Source: Blasia pusilla (taxonomy: Eukaryota). From it: DNA of 64,000 bases. Both the position numbers and the translations under genes were made by a program. The first letter of the stretch is position 1; every line of letters begins with the position of its first letter. Where the stretch lies: the NCBI GenBank assembly GCA_050084515.1, contig CM114271.1, forward strand, positions 2,418,001 to 2,482,000, in the 5' to 3' direction. Shown one piece after another: positions 47,118 to 58,400 of the stretch. The notes under the pieces were generated by a model. That model was not told the DNA's origin, ran no database searches, and was given only the letters and a program-made list of their open reading frames with translations.

Positions 47118-47609
47118 TCAAACGGGTAATGAGCTAAGAGGCCCATCACCTAACAACCATCTTGGTCTATAGGACGTTGACTCCTCCCAATAATCCAAGG
47201 AAAACCCCATCAGGTATAACACTGCTCCACCAACCAAGACGTCGTAGGACTCTACATCAGTCACTATTGCCTTGGCTCGCACCACAGACTCATCTATAGG
47301 ATGTCTCGGGCGAATCCTCACCACAACCTCCTGTTGGGGGATATATTGTGTGGTACTCGCTCCACCCAAGGATATCTGTATCCAGAATGGATAATGCTCC
47401 ACATCGGCTCTCATCAAGCCCAATCCTTTGAATGACGCTTTCCCCAACATCAGGGGTTGCGCTTCTGAATCCAACAAGACGCGCTGTGGACTTAAAGCTC
47501 TACCTTCAAGACTTACCAACTTAAAGATCTCTCCCCAGTTATCCAGCAACACAATACCAGGAGAAGTTATGGCACGCTCTATCGTGGGTCTAGCGGGCAT
47601 CTCCGCCAT
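47118..47609 (-). pseudogene. Retropepsin-like aspartic protease of Gypsy B, inside the inverted segment
   Basis: RVLLDSEAQPLMLG (degenerate DSG motif) and YDVLVGGAVL. It reads opposite to the flanking gag and RT. Confidence 0.75.
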
Positions 47610-47740
47610 CCTAGCAGCCGCAACCTACCATGAATCTAACGTGGACGGCCTGAGCATCCACTCCAAGGGCTGGTCCATCATCTCCTCTACAATCACCTCT
47701 AATGTGATGTAGGAACTCCAACTACATGCTCACATAGCGT

Positions 47741-48360
47741 ACTGCTATTTTGCATGCAGGAGTGCGCATGCAGCAGTACCTATATGTGGAGATTGATGAT
47801 GTTGAGAGGGGCGCTTCACTTTACCATGTGGCACAGTTACTCCTCCATTTTTCCGACTTGTTGTCTACGTCCGCCATTCAGGGTTACTAGAGTTCCCTAA
47901 CGAGGGACATTTCATTGTTGGGGGCGCTGGACTTGGAGCGCGTAGGGACCATAGACTTGGTCATTGGTGGTTGGCCATGTCAGGGCTATTCGAGTGTTGG
48001 ACGTGGTAGCGGATTGGCTGACTCTCGGTCTAGGTTGTTTTGAGAGATGATGCAGATCTTGAGGTCCCGTGTGGTGACCTATGCACATTAGGTGTGCGCA
48101 TAGATCGGCCCAGCAATTTTGTTGGATGCGGCGAGTGTGGGTTCACAAGCACATCGCCCGCGTCTTTGGTGGACCAACTTGGTACCACACGAGGTGTTGT
48201 GGAGTTCATATGCAAGAGTGGAGCGCCCCTCCAATTTATTGGTGGATTCTATATTGGATCCGGGCTAACGATCACGGGCGGTGAGGCATAATGATCAGAG
48301 GCATCTCAACGTCATGTCTTGGATTAGGCGATGGACCTGAATTGCTGACATGGATTTTTA
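47741..48360 (+). pseudogene. DNMT3-like C5 cytosine DNA methyltransferase domain carried by Gypsy B; motif I lies inverted at 46752-46800
   Basis: One frame from 47741 reads TAILHAGVRMQQYLYVEIDD...RDISLL...IDLVIGGWPCQGYSSVGRGSGLADSRSRLF (PCQ at 47975-47983)...LLDAASVGSQAHRPRLWWTNL (to 48181). QRHVLD*AMDLN (from 48307) follows in a shifted frame. VLDLFGGI is on the minus strand at 46787-46764. In-frame stops are present. Confidence 0.88.
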
Positions 48361-51300
48361 GCTTAGGAGTACCTGAGCAGCGTGGCTAGAGGATGTGACA
48401 GATCACAACAGTTGCATTGGTGATCCCCATGCCTACCGAGACGGTTGAGACAGTGGCTGGGGGCGAGGCCCAAGGAGATCGACACACCAAGGATGATTGG
48501 GAGAGACACCCTTTGATTTCTTGGGATGTTGTGCAAGTACGCCAAGAGATGGTAGCCACAGCATCGAGCGTGGTTTTGGGTATTGCAAATGGAGATTGGA
48601 TTTTGCAGTTGGCTGCAGGGGAGCAATCGAGTTTTGTTTGGTCGGCACGGGGTTGCACCATAACAACCACCGACACCCGCACGGGAGACTTGGGAGCCAG
48701 ATATGGGCCCTAAGTTGACAAGAGGAGAGTGGCGCCGGATACACGAGTTCCTTAGGAGTTATAGGAGTTATTTTGCATTTAGCATGCATGATTTGGATAA
48801 GTTGAAGGGTTCGCGGATCCGCATTGAGTTGTCAAGCGACACGCCGATCTTCTGACGACCCTACATGTAGAGTGATATGGAAAGGGCTCTAATTCAGAGT
48901 AGGAGCCAAGACTTGGTCGGAGCAGGGTTAGTGGAGATGTCGCATGGGGAGTATGCATCTGCCACTATCATGCCTGCCAAGAAGGATGTGCTTGGCGACT
49001 AGACGGATAGGTGGATGTGTGGAGATTATCGACCTATCAATCGACAGACGAAGTCCGATAGGTTTGCCATGCCCACCCTTGAGGAGATCTTGGATGCGAT
49101 TGGGCATGCAAAGGTCTTCAGTTTATTGGATTTGCGAGTGCGAGCCGGATATCATCAACTGACTATCAGATTGGAAGACAAGTAGAAGATGGTAATTTTG
49201 GGGCATCGATCCACACGGGAAGGATTGTTTATACTAGTGGTGGTTCTTACCATTCGGGTTAAAGAACGCCCTGGATGAGTTTCAAAGGGTCTTGGATAGA
49301 ATCTTGGCAGGTCTGGATTTTGCTAGATGTTATATTGATGACATCGTAGTCTTTAGCGCCACGGTTGAGGAGCATGAGCGACATCTAGAGGAGGTGTTTT
49401 GACCATTGCAGTTACATGGGCTAAAGCTACATCCACGCAAGTGCAAGTTCTTCTATGACCCGATTGAGTACTTGGGTCATACAATATACCTAGAGGGCCT
49501 TGGTATGCAAGAGACAAAGATAGAGGCTATTTCACATATTCCACGCCCTATAGATGTGAGTCGAGTTTGTGCATTAATGGGATTGGAGAACTTCTATCGA
49601 TGGTACGTCAAGGGTTTCAGCTCGATTGCAAAGCCACTGACCTTGCTGAACAAGATGAATCAGGAGTGGCACTAGGGGGATGAGCAAGAGAGATCATTTT
49701 AGATGCTCAAGGATAGATTGACGTCCGCGCCCATATTGAGGAGATCGATTAGGGGGTGTCCTTTCCAAATGCACACCGATTGGAGCATATTGGGGCTTGG
49801 AGCCGTGCTCACCCGGCATGATGATGATGGTAGAGAGTTTGTGGTGGCTTTGCTAGTAGCTCGAACAACAATGCATAGGCAAAGTATAGCTCGTATGAGG
49901 GTGAGTGCTTCTTAATCCCTTTACCATCATTATTGATCATCAGCCACTTAAGTGGTTGATGGAGTCCGACAAGCTTATAGGGAAGCTTGCAAGGTGGGCT
50001 CTTTTGTTGCAGGAGTATGACTTCCAAGTAGTGCATAGACCTGGGATGCTCAACCGGGATGTAGATGGTTTGAGCCGTAAGCCATGCCCGAGTCAACGAG
50101 ATGCGATTGGAGCTCGTTGGCATGGTGAGAGTGATGAGGAGTTGGTGCCAGGATGGCATGCGTCAGCCTATTTGGGCTTGTTGGCTATGAAGAGCCCGAT
50201 TGCTGAGACTTCGATGTCGAGGTCTAATAGAGAGTCCTTAGATCCAGAGGCTGATGAGGAGAAGACAGATGGCCGAGACATTCACCACGATGGAGTGGTC
50301 TTGGAGTACCTGCGTACTAGCAGCGTTGCGAGCACAGTGGGTGCTGAAGAGTGGGATCGGATCCTACGGTGAGCCAGACGGTTCTTGTGGGAGGGGACAC
50401 ATGTGTTGCAAGTGTGGGAGGATGGTAGAGTGCGTGTAGTGGCTCATCCTTTGCAAAGAGCACGTTTGGTGCGTCATGTCCACAAGGAGTTGGATCATTT
50501 TGGAGTGAAGCGGACGTACAACTTGCTCCACATTCAGTATTGGTGGCGAGGCATGCAAACTGAAGTTTAGCAATTTGAGCATTGAAACCACAATTTCATC
50601 CACTTCTGATCATGGGTTTAGGTTATAGATGGAATTTGGATCTTGGAGGACCTTTGCCTTTGACGGAGCGCCATATGTTGGTGATGGTCGAGCACTTCTC
50701 GAAGTGGATAGAGTTGGTTGCATTGCCTGGAAAAGTGAGTGAGGGAGTAGCGTATGCCTTCCTAGATCAGGATTTGAGTCATTATGGGACACTAGCTGAG
50801 GTGTTGACAGACCAAGGTACAGAGTTCCGCGGGGAGTTTCAAGCCTTGTATGATGAGGCACTGATCGACTACCGCACTACTTCACGAGATCATCCTGAGG
50901 CGGATGGACTAGCTGAGTGGATTGTGCAAATGGTGAAGCGAGGACTACGCAAGTATGGCTTGGAGAGAGGTCACCTAGGAGATTGGGACCTCCTATTTTC
51001 GTGGTTGGCGATGGGATACAGATTCAGCAGATAGGCATCTTTAGCATCTTTCTTGCCGTACTTGCTTTTGTATGGCCAAGAGCCAGATTTACCTACGGCC
51101 ATTTGTCGAGATGTTGGTGAGGTGTTGAATGAGCCTAATGTATGGATGCGAGCATGTTCTCAGAGTGCTGAGTTATTCCGGAGAGTGATGCCCATGGCGT
51201 TTGAGAACTTGGCGATTGCGCAACATCGAGATACATTGAGGTATGCGACTATTCGGGGAGGTGGTTATCGATCTACTATCCGGAGGTTTCATCATGGAGA

Positions 51301-51520
51301 CTATGTCTACTTACATCAAACGACACCCACGACCTAGGATGTGAGTGTAGGGCCCACCATCTAAAGAGTGCGTGAGGTTTTACCATCCAATGTTCTCTTA
51401 TTGGAGGGACTCGATGGTATGATTTGGAAGGACCATGTGCGTAACTGTGCGCCATGTTATCTTCCGAACATTGATGGTACAGTTGATCCAAGCTTAGCAG
51501 TAGTTCCTGCTGGCTTGCGG

Positions 51521-51661
51521 TGTATGTTGTGTGGTTTCGCCCATGGTGCATCCACTATGCTAGTCTGTGATAGATGTTCGAGAGGATGGCATATGGCATG
51601 TTTGACGCCACCTCTCACCAAGGTTCCTCTGGGACGATGGATGTATCCCACATATACATAG
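51521..51661 (+). pseudogene. PHD finger at the C-terminus of the Gypsy B polyprotein
   Basis: CMLC...MLVCDRCSRGWHMACLTPPLTKVPLGRWMYPTY fits the C4HC3 pattern, with the last two Cys positions read as TAT (Tyr). Confidence 0.88.
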
Positions 51662-51774
51662 CGTCGATAGTTCTACATTCTGACTTGTGTCTATGACATG
51701 GATGACAAGAAGGCAACTAACGATGGGGCCACATGAGCACCTGGCCTTCTTGCTCTTAGCGTCCGAGAGATGTA

Positions 51775-52479
51775 TGTCATGGTAGGTAGGGATAGATGGT
51801 CTTGTTGTTTGGATGCCATGAGTAAGGATGTGTAGAGCGATCCCACATAGATTGGTGAGATCTAGCAGAGCGCCTTCTAGAGTAATGGAGGACAAGCTTA
51901 AGAGGTCGAAGATGACATGTTGAGGCCCCGGGAAACCTGAGAGAGGAGGTTTCCCCTTCGTTTCGGCTCATTTGGAACCATATTGAGGAACTTACTATTT
52001 TAGGTAAGTACTATTTTGAGTATATAGTCGACTTTATATTTTTGGTATGTGGTCTTTGACTTCCTACATTAGGTCAAGAGCCAAGGAGGTGACTTGGGAG
52101 CATAGATTACCATGGAGAGAGCTTGGGGGAGGGGAGGGGTATACCTCAAGGAGAGAGAGCTTGAGAGCTCATTCTCTCTTGGTTGAACCTCTTGGCATGA
52201 GGTAGCGGAGCTATGGTCTTACTTGCCTTGTGTGTGTAACCCAAGCCTCTTATTATGAGAGTGGGTTTGGTTTGACATTGAGAGGGACATGTGAGAGTGC
52301 ACTCATTTGAGAGCTATGGTGTTGGAAGAGATTGGATCTTCATTTAATTGGAGATATTTTGGTACTTCTTGTCTCGTTGTTTGGATGCCATGAGTTAACA
52401 TGGGATCATCCGTGTTTGTGTGTGTGTTCGGTAACAACAATGTATATTGTGTAAGGGTTTAGGGTATATGCGCACGAAA
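51775..52479 (+). repeat. 3' LTR of Gypsy B
   Basis: Starts TGTCATG, ends CACGAAA (probably CACGACA originally), and is homologous to 37708-38229. Confidence 0.85.
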
Positions 52480-52666
52480 AAGTATAAGTACAAGTACTTG
52501 GTCAAGTGCAAGGGCTACCATCAGAAAGAGGCGACTTGGATTGCAGAGGCAGACCTAGAACACGTGCAAGAGGTTTTGCAAGACTTCAAACAGTTGCAAG
52601 GGAAGCACATGCGTTAGTACACGGAGAAGCTAGGACATGACTTATGACCAAAAGACTTGGGCCAAA

Positions 52667-53394
52667 TGTTAGAATCTCAACATCCACTTCTCTGAGCACC
52701 ATTAATCTGATCGCACCGGCCTTTCGCGTGTCCGCGAGAATTTTCGCGGCGCTTCCGACGACACGTCACACGCGTACTGATGGTGTTCATCATTCATGTC
52801 GCAATTTCCCGAGAGAAGAAAGTGGCGAGTTTGCGTGAGTGCTGAGAAATATGTAGGATAGAGATCCACTTCTCTGAGCATCACTAATCTAATCTCCCCT
52901 CTTGTATGAGGAGAAGCCTAGATTGATGGTTCTGACTTAGACGTCGGAGAAGTCATAGTAATATGAGGTAAGTGATTTATAGAGTAGAGTTACTAAGATT
53001 ATCTAACCCTATATTGCATCAAGGTGCGGGGCATCTTGATGCATCGCGGGTATCAGTGGGCGTAGCCCCTAGAATGCCAAGACGACGCCGGGGCATCCTG
53101 ATGCATCGCGGGGATTCGTGGGCGCAACCTCTGGAAAGCCAAGAGGACGCAAGGGTTCAGGGTATAGCCCCCGGAAAAAAATTTCTACTAGTTGAAATAG
53201 GTAAAAAAAATCTAGTTTCCCAATTAGTGAAATAGTTGGGAGCCGCAGGGGTAGCGTATTCTCATATGTCGAGTTATGTCCATGTTCAGGTTCCATCGAA
53301 GCTCTTCTATGAGCGCATGGACAGACTAGGCTACTTTGTATCTCTTAGTTTTTTAAAGATTTCAGTGATTTCGGTCACTTTCTGTTTTCTCACT
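52667..53394 (+). mobile_element. Solo LTR D of the Copia C family
   Basis: Reverse complement of the Copia C LTRs at both ends, with a perfect 5-bp TSD CCAAA at 52662-52666 and 53395-53399. Confidence 0.9.
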
Positions 53395-53424
53395 CCAAAG
53401 GTTGTTGTAACTAGAGCAGGCTAG

Positions 53425-54768
53425 TGTTGCAATAAAGGAATGCATGAATTTGGAGATTTGATGCTTGTGTTATTTGCAATTTACATTGGGTAGTGCATGG
53501 CAATGAGTAGTTCCTCATATGCTTAGGATATAGGTCAAGAGGATAGACAAGAAGTATTTGAGGTAAGAGCTTGTATTTGGATAAGCACCTAGAACAGGAC
53601 CAAGTGTTGGGTAGCTAACACTTGGGCTCGCCCTAGCGTCGGCGGGGCAGATCACTCTATCTTGGGGCTTGGGGTGACCTTACTCGTGAGTGAAGGAGTG
53701 AATTTAGTGATGCGCGTAAGTCAAATATGAGAGTAACACAAAATAACTATGAATTGTGTACTATGTAAACAAGTGAGATGTTTACGAGTTGTGAGCAAGA
53801 GAAGTCTTAGGTAGCAAACTTAGTTAGCTTATTTGATAGGTTACTACAAGGGCGGAAGCAAGCGTGGTGAATATTTAAAGTGTTTCATGCATTTATGGTC
53901 GCGAATAAGGAAACCAAAACCAAACCCAGAACTCAAACTTAAGAGAAGTCGAGTCTTGGACAGAGACGTAGCCAAGAGGTGAGAATTGGAATTGGGACGC
54001 AACTAGCGTTTGGAGTTTCTGAATGTACTTTTGACCATAAATTTTAGTCACAAGATGCGTTTAGGACGAGTAGGATAACGTTGGAAAGCTTATGCATAGC
54101 CAGTTCTAGTGAACAAAGATCTTGGCAAATGCTTAAGCAGAAGCCGAGATATGGTCCAAAACCAACTATACATGGAGTTGGGTTAAGGGCCAAAAAGAGG
54201 GGCCCGTGTGCTCTTTCCTAAAGGTAGGGGGACCCAAGGGATCCCCAGAAGTACTAGTAAGGGGGAAGGTCTCCAAGGGTGATTGGGACTTGAATCCCAC
54301 TCTGGGCGCCGCGGGGTGATTCAAGGGCACGGAATGGATCAAGAGTTTTGGCGTTGGGATTCAAAACCCAAACCAAGTCCAATATAGTGGATTTCGGAGG
54401 TCCCTATTGGATTCCAACTCGTGACTCATATTTTTGAGTCTTGATTGAGGGCTCATGCGAGGTCCATTGGACAGTTGGGACCGCTAAGCCCGCAAACGTA
54501 GTTTTAGATGCCTGGACTAACGAGAAAGTGTGTCCCAACTCTAGGAAGACTTGCCTATGTTGGGAATCTAAGAATGAGAAAAGGTTGAGCTTGATGAAGT
54601 ATTGAGTCGAGGACTTGGTGGGTTGGAAGTGATGAGTCTGGCTTGGGTCAACCCAAGTCAGACTAACGTGAGTGTGTTTGGGTGCAGGTCGACGATGACA
54701 GCGTGTCCTACTGAACGTACGCTTCCATAACTATAATATTGAAGTTCAAGGAGAGTAGATGCACGATA
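53425..54768 (+). repeat. 3' LTR of Gypsy A (start uncertain; clear homology from ~53971)
   Basis: TGTTGCAA at 53425 matches the first 8 bp of the 5' LTR; 53971-54768 aligns with 32192-33150. Confidence 0.65.
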
Positions 54769-55100
54769 AAATATCCTCATACTTACCCTTCGTGTGGTTG
54801 GAAACTATATGCTAGACTATAGATTGGAAAATTTTGACTGGCCATGATTTACTCTCTACTCCATTGAGGGAGATCAAGATCTAAGAACTAAAATTTTAAC
54901 TTATGGTTACAATGATAGATAAATCTAAACTCTAATCTTAGCATTGATATCTTTAATTTCTTTGTGTTCAACATAGTGCAAAACATTGAAAAATCACTAG
55001 TGATGATAAATCAAAGAGTTGACAAAGGGGAAATTTGTCTTATAGATACTAAAATAACTTAAATGGCACCAAAATGGGCATGAGATATAGGAAAACTTAC

Positions 55101-55407
55101 ATGAGCAAAACCAATACTTTGACGCTCGAATAAACCTCCCATTGCTATCAATTGAGGTAGGAATTTTTTTTGCTTCAAGGTAGTCAATTGAACTTGTGAA
55201 AATTGAGGATGAGAATTTTTGTTTAATATCCTCTTTCCCATACAATCGGGATGATTTGTGGAAGGAAATCCCAGATAGTGTTATGTTATCCATATGAATT
55301 AGAGGTTGAGATGGTGCAACTCCTACATTCTCCATGTGTCTTGTAGACTTTTTTGGGGGGGCATCTGATGGCGTAATATGCATGCATTGATGCTTGTAGC
55401 ATGTTTC
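55101..55407 (-). CDS. Candidate upstream exon of the Mid1-like gene
   Basis: Open frame ETCYKHQC...RASKYWFCS ends in a phase-1 GTAAGT donor at 55100. It joins the phase-1 acceptor at 32008 to give FCSSNLINYTA, which resembles the Mid1 FCxxVAY segment. The acceptor position is less certain. Confidence 0.5.
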
Positions 55408-58400
55408 CTATGTTAACCAAATATATTTTATGTTTAGGGTTTGGGATCTAACTTAGAACTAGTAAACAAATTCGCTTAAATTTCTTATTTCTAGGAAATT
55501 GTATGCAATGGAAAGTGGAAATAGTCTAAGTTAAGTCTTTTGGTTCTAATAATAGATTATGTTAATTATTTCCTTTAACCTCTATAGTACAAAAACTTTC
55601 CTTGCTTGTAATCCTAGTGAGTTTATTTTCAAGATTACAATTCAAATAGTTTCAAAAAACTTTAGATTGGACTTAACATACGTACAAAAACTAGTAACGT
55701 CTAACACAAATATGATAAAGTATAATTGATAAAAATTGAGTAAACGCCAGCCTTCCATTGACTTCAAGGAACTTAATATTAAGAGCGAAAAAAAATCCCA
55801 TGAAAGAAAAAACAAGGGAGACCCAATAAGCCAAACACTAATGTTAGCATGAATATATAATTTGATCATAAGTAGTCATATGAGAAGAGAATTAGAACTA
55901 CAATATTATGAGATTGCACTAGTGGGCATGGCCAAGAGATCCCCCAAATAGTCTTAAACAAATTCCCAAACTCTAATTTTTAGAAAATCTAAACTTCCCT
56001 CCCCAATTGTAGTCCCCATGGTTCCCCTTATTTTAAAACCCTCCATTCTTCATTTAGGAAAGTCCTCCATCTCCAATTAAAAAAAAAGGCCCTTTCCATT
56101 ACCTCCTTCTTAAAGAAACAAAACTCTCTATCCCTCAAAACTCTCCTTGCACCTCCTAACTACCAAACTCTAAAATATAAGAAATTATTTAAACATTCAT
56201 TTTCAGCACGAGAAATATATTTATCACAACTACCAAACTCCAAAAATAACAATAATATGAGTGTGAACTAAGGAGTTAAGTTTCTTTAGGGATGTTCAAT
56301 ATAAGCTTAGCTTATTGATTCCAAGGTATCCACTCCAAATGAAAAAGACTCCACAAAATGACTTACTCATGAGTTTTTAGTGGAGTAATTTATTTTATCT
56401 AAAAATTGAGAGTGAAATAATTAGGAAAGAATGAGTGCTTAGGAAAAGTGAGGCAATAAGAAGAAAAAAATATTGGGGAGTCCATACCGTATAAGACTTA
56501 AAAGTGTATTGATCTTTTGAGTCTGTACTAAGAGTGACGTCACAAAGAGCTGGAAGAAGGTGATCACAAATGGGTGATAGTTTCACTTTTCGATCGTTTA
56601 GTTGACCCCGTACAACTGCAATCACCCCATTCAAGGAATAATCCCATATTAGCTCTTCTCTCATTAATTTCTGCATTCAATATTTAAGTAGGAAATAGTA
56701 AACAAAAGAAATGAATCAAAGAGGAAGGAGAATCCAAAAAAAAGTGCAAGAAGGGGGGAATTAGAGAGTTGAGGAATGCCAAAGCGACACTTGGCCAAGG
56801 AAGAATGAAAGAAGAAATCCCCTTAAACCTAACTTCAGTGATACTAGAAAAAATACCAATGAAAATTAAACTAGTGAGGCGGCTCCAAAAGATGGGGTCT
56901 ATGCAATCCGAATAAGCTCATAATACAAACTTATGAGTTGAACTACATGTTTCTTCTTCTTCATGTTTATGTTTTGTGTGAGTGCATGTTGAATGTGAAG
57001 GCGAGTCGATGAAGAGTGTGGGCCTAGGTTCAGAAATTTCTTGTGAGTGCGTCTCTTACCCTATATAGTTTAGTGTCCAAAAATACAATCCCCTCGTTTC
57101 CCTAAGGGCTTTCGTCGTGTTCAGACATTTTCCCTATGGAACAGAGGGGTTCTCCGTGGAATTCAACCCATACCAACTTATGGGTTAAGATATATAAACT
57201 AAACTACATCGGTGCCCATAGTATAATTTTTTTTTAAATATACATATAGATATTATGTAAATGTAAATGTGAAAACATCCTAGGCCTTGAGGGCCATTTT
57301 GGTTGAAAAGTTAAAAAAATAGTGAAAAAAATAGAACGACATACAATAAAATGCTTATATACAGAGAAAATCACTGGCATTGAATAAAAAAAACATATTG
57401 AATATTGAGGGTGCATCCAATAAACCAGATACACAGTACTAATAGCTAACCTTATCCAAAGTGGAAAATTCCATAATAGCTAAACCGATATAGAGTGCAA
57501 CGACGGGCTATAGAATACACGATTCAACACATAGGAAGAGGGAAGAGGAAGACAGACTAAAGGATTCAATACAAGAAGCCAAGTCCATCAGTTACAAAAG
57601 ATTCAATACAAACCCGTGCAGTCATGATACATTAATACAACCAATACATAGTGACGACTAACACGTTGAAAGCATAACCTTACAATTTATTCATCCAATA
57701 ATATTTCTCCACGTCATAGTATGGATTCGCTAGAGGATTTGTAGTGCGACGGAAAAAATTTGTGTTCTACACGCACTTCGGAGGAACCGCAAAGTACGGG
57801 CTCTAAGTTGGGGCCATAACGAGCATGTCTATTGGCCCTACTAATGATTTTTCCCACATCGTCATGCCACTTTAGAAGTAAATTGGCTGGGATCTACAAA
57901 GCATTTAAAGCAATTGGGTCTTATTGTTTATAATATAGGAGCATAATCACAAAAGACAATGCATTCATCGAGCGAAGGAGATGGAGAAATACTTAAGAAG
58001 GACATTAGAATATCTATATCAACTAGGACTTAGTCTTTGAAATTTCTCCATTTATTCTAGCAAGCATTGCAATAGGATATTAATAAAATAATCTTTGATC
58101 TAAGTTCGCTCCAAATATCATAATTTTTCTTTATTTTTATAGAAAAATAAGGTGAGATCATTGGAAATTCTTTGATCTATATTAGCTTTTTCTACCAAAA
58201 AATTCTCTATTTGATCAAACTATATTGGGAGATTAGTCAATTTTTTGTATTCTATGTTATCTCCTCTTCTCGAAAATTTATCTAATCTATAAGATAAGTT
58301 CCATGGGACACTATTTGATCCATGCTAGCTTTTGGTCTCATAAATCACTCTATTCAATAGAACTATATTGGAAGATTCATCACATTCTTAATTTTAACCA

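Larger units (their letters stand above)
37708..52479 (+). mobile_element. Gypsy element B: gag - protease - DNMT3-like methyltransferase - RT - RNase H - integrase - PHD finger; degenerate, with an internal inversion
   Basis: LTRs 37708-~38229 (truncated) and 51775-52479 share long stretches. TSD AAGT at 37704-37707 and 52480-52483. RT CGDYRPIN/LDLR/YIDD (~48750-49700), RNase H HTDWS (49703-50090), integrase MVEHFSKW/TDQG/DGLAE (50385-51330), PHD at 51521-51661. Confidence 0.9.
32181..54768 (+). mobile_element. Gypsy element A (chromodomain-bearing), degenerate; host of nested insertions B, C and D
   Basis: 5' LTR ends ...ACGACA at 33150, followed by the Met-tRNA-type PBS TGGTATCAAAGC. Gag with CYNCGKLGHMGKGC; RT VDYCALNK/IDLKSRYYQIRI; RNase H; integrase HDGPLSGH...CVTCQ, VDRFSK. 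Chromodomain split between ~37660-37707 and 52484-52617. The 3' LTR is clearly homologous from ~53971 to 54768. Both ends are flanked by AAAT. Confidence 0.88.

Noticed and set aside
54781-54850. GTAAGT donor on the minus strand at 54786 as the partner of the 32008 exon
   Set aside because: The phase-1 frame hits a stop within about nine codons and lacks the expected FC motif; the 55100 donor fits better.
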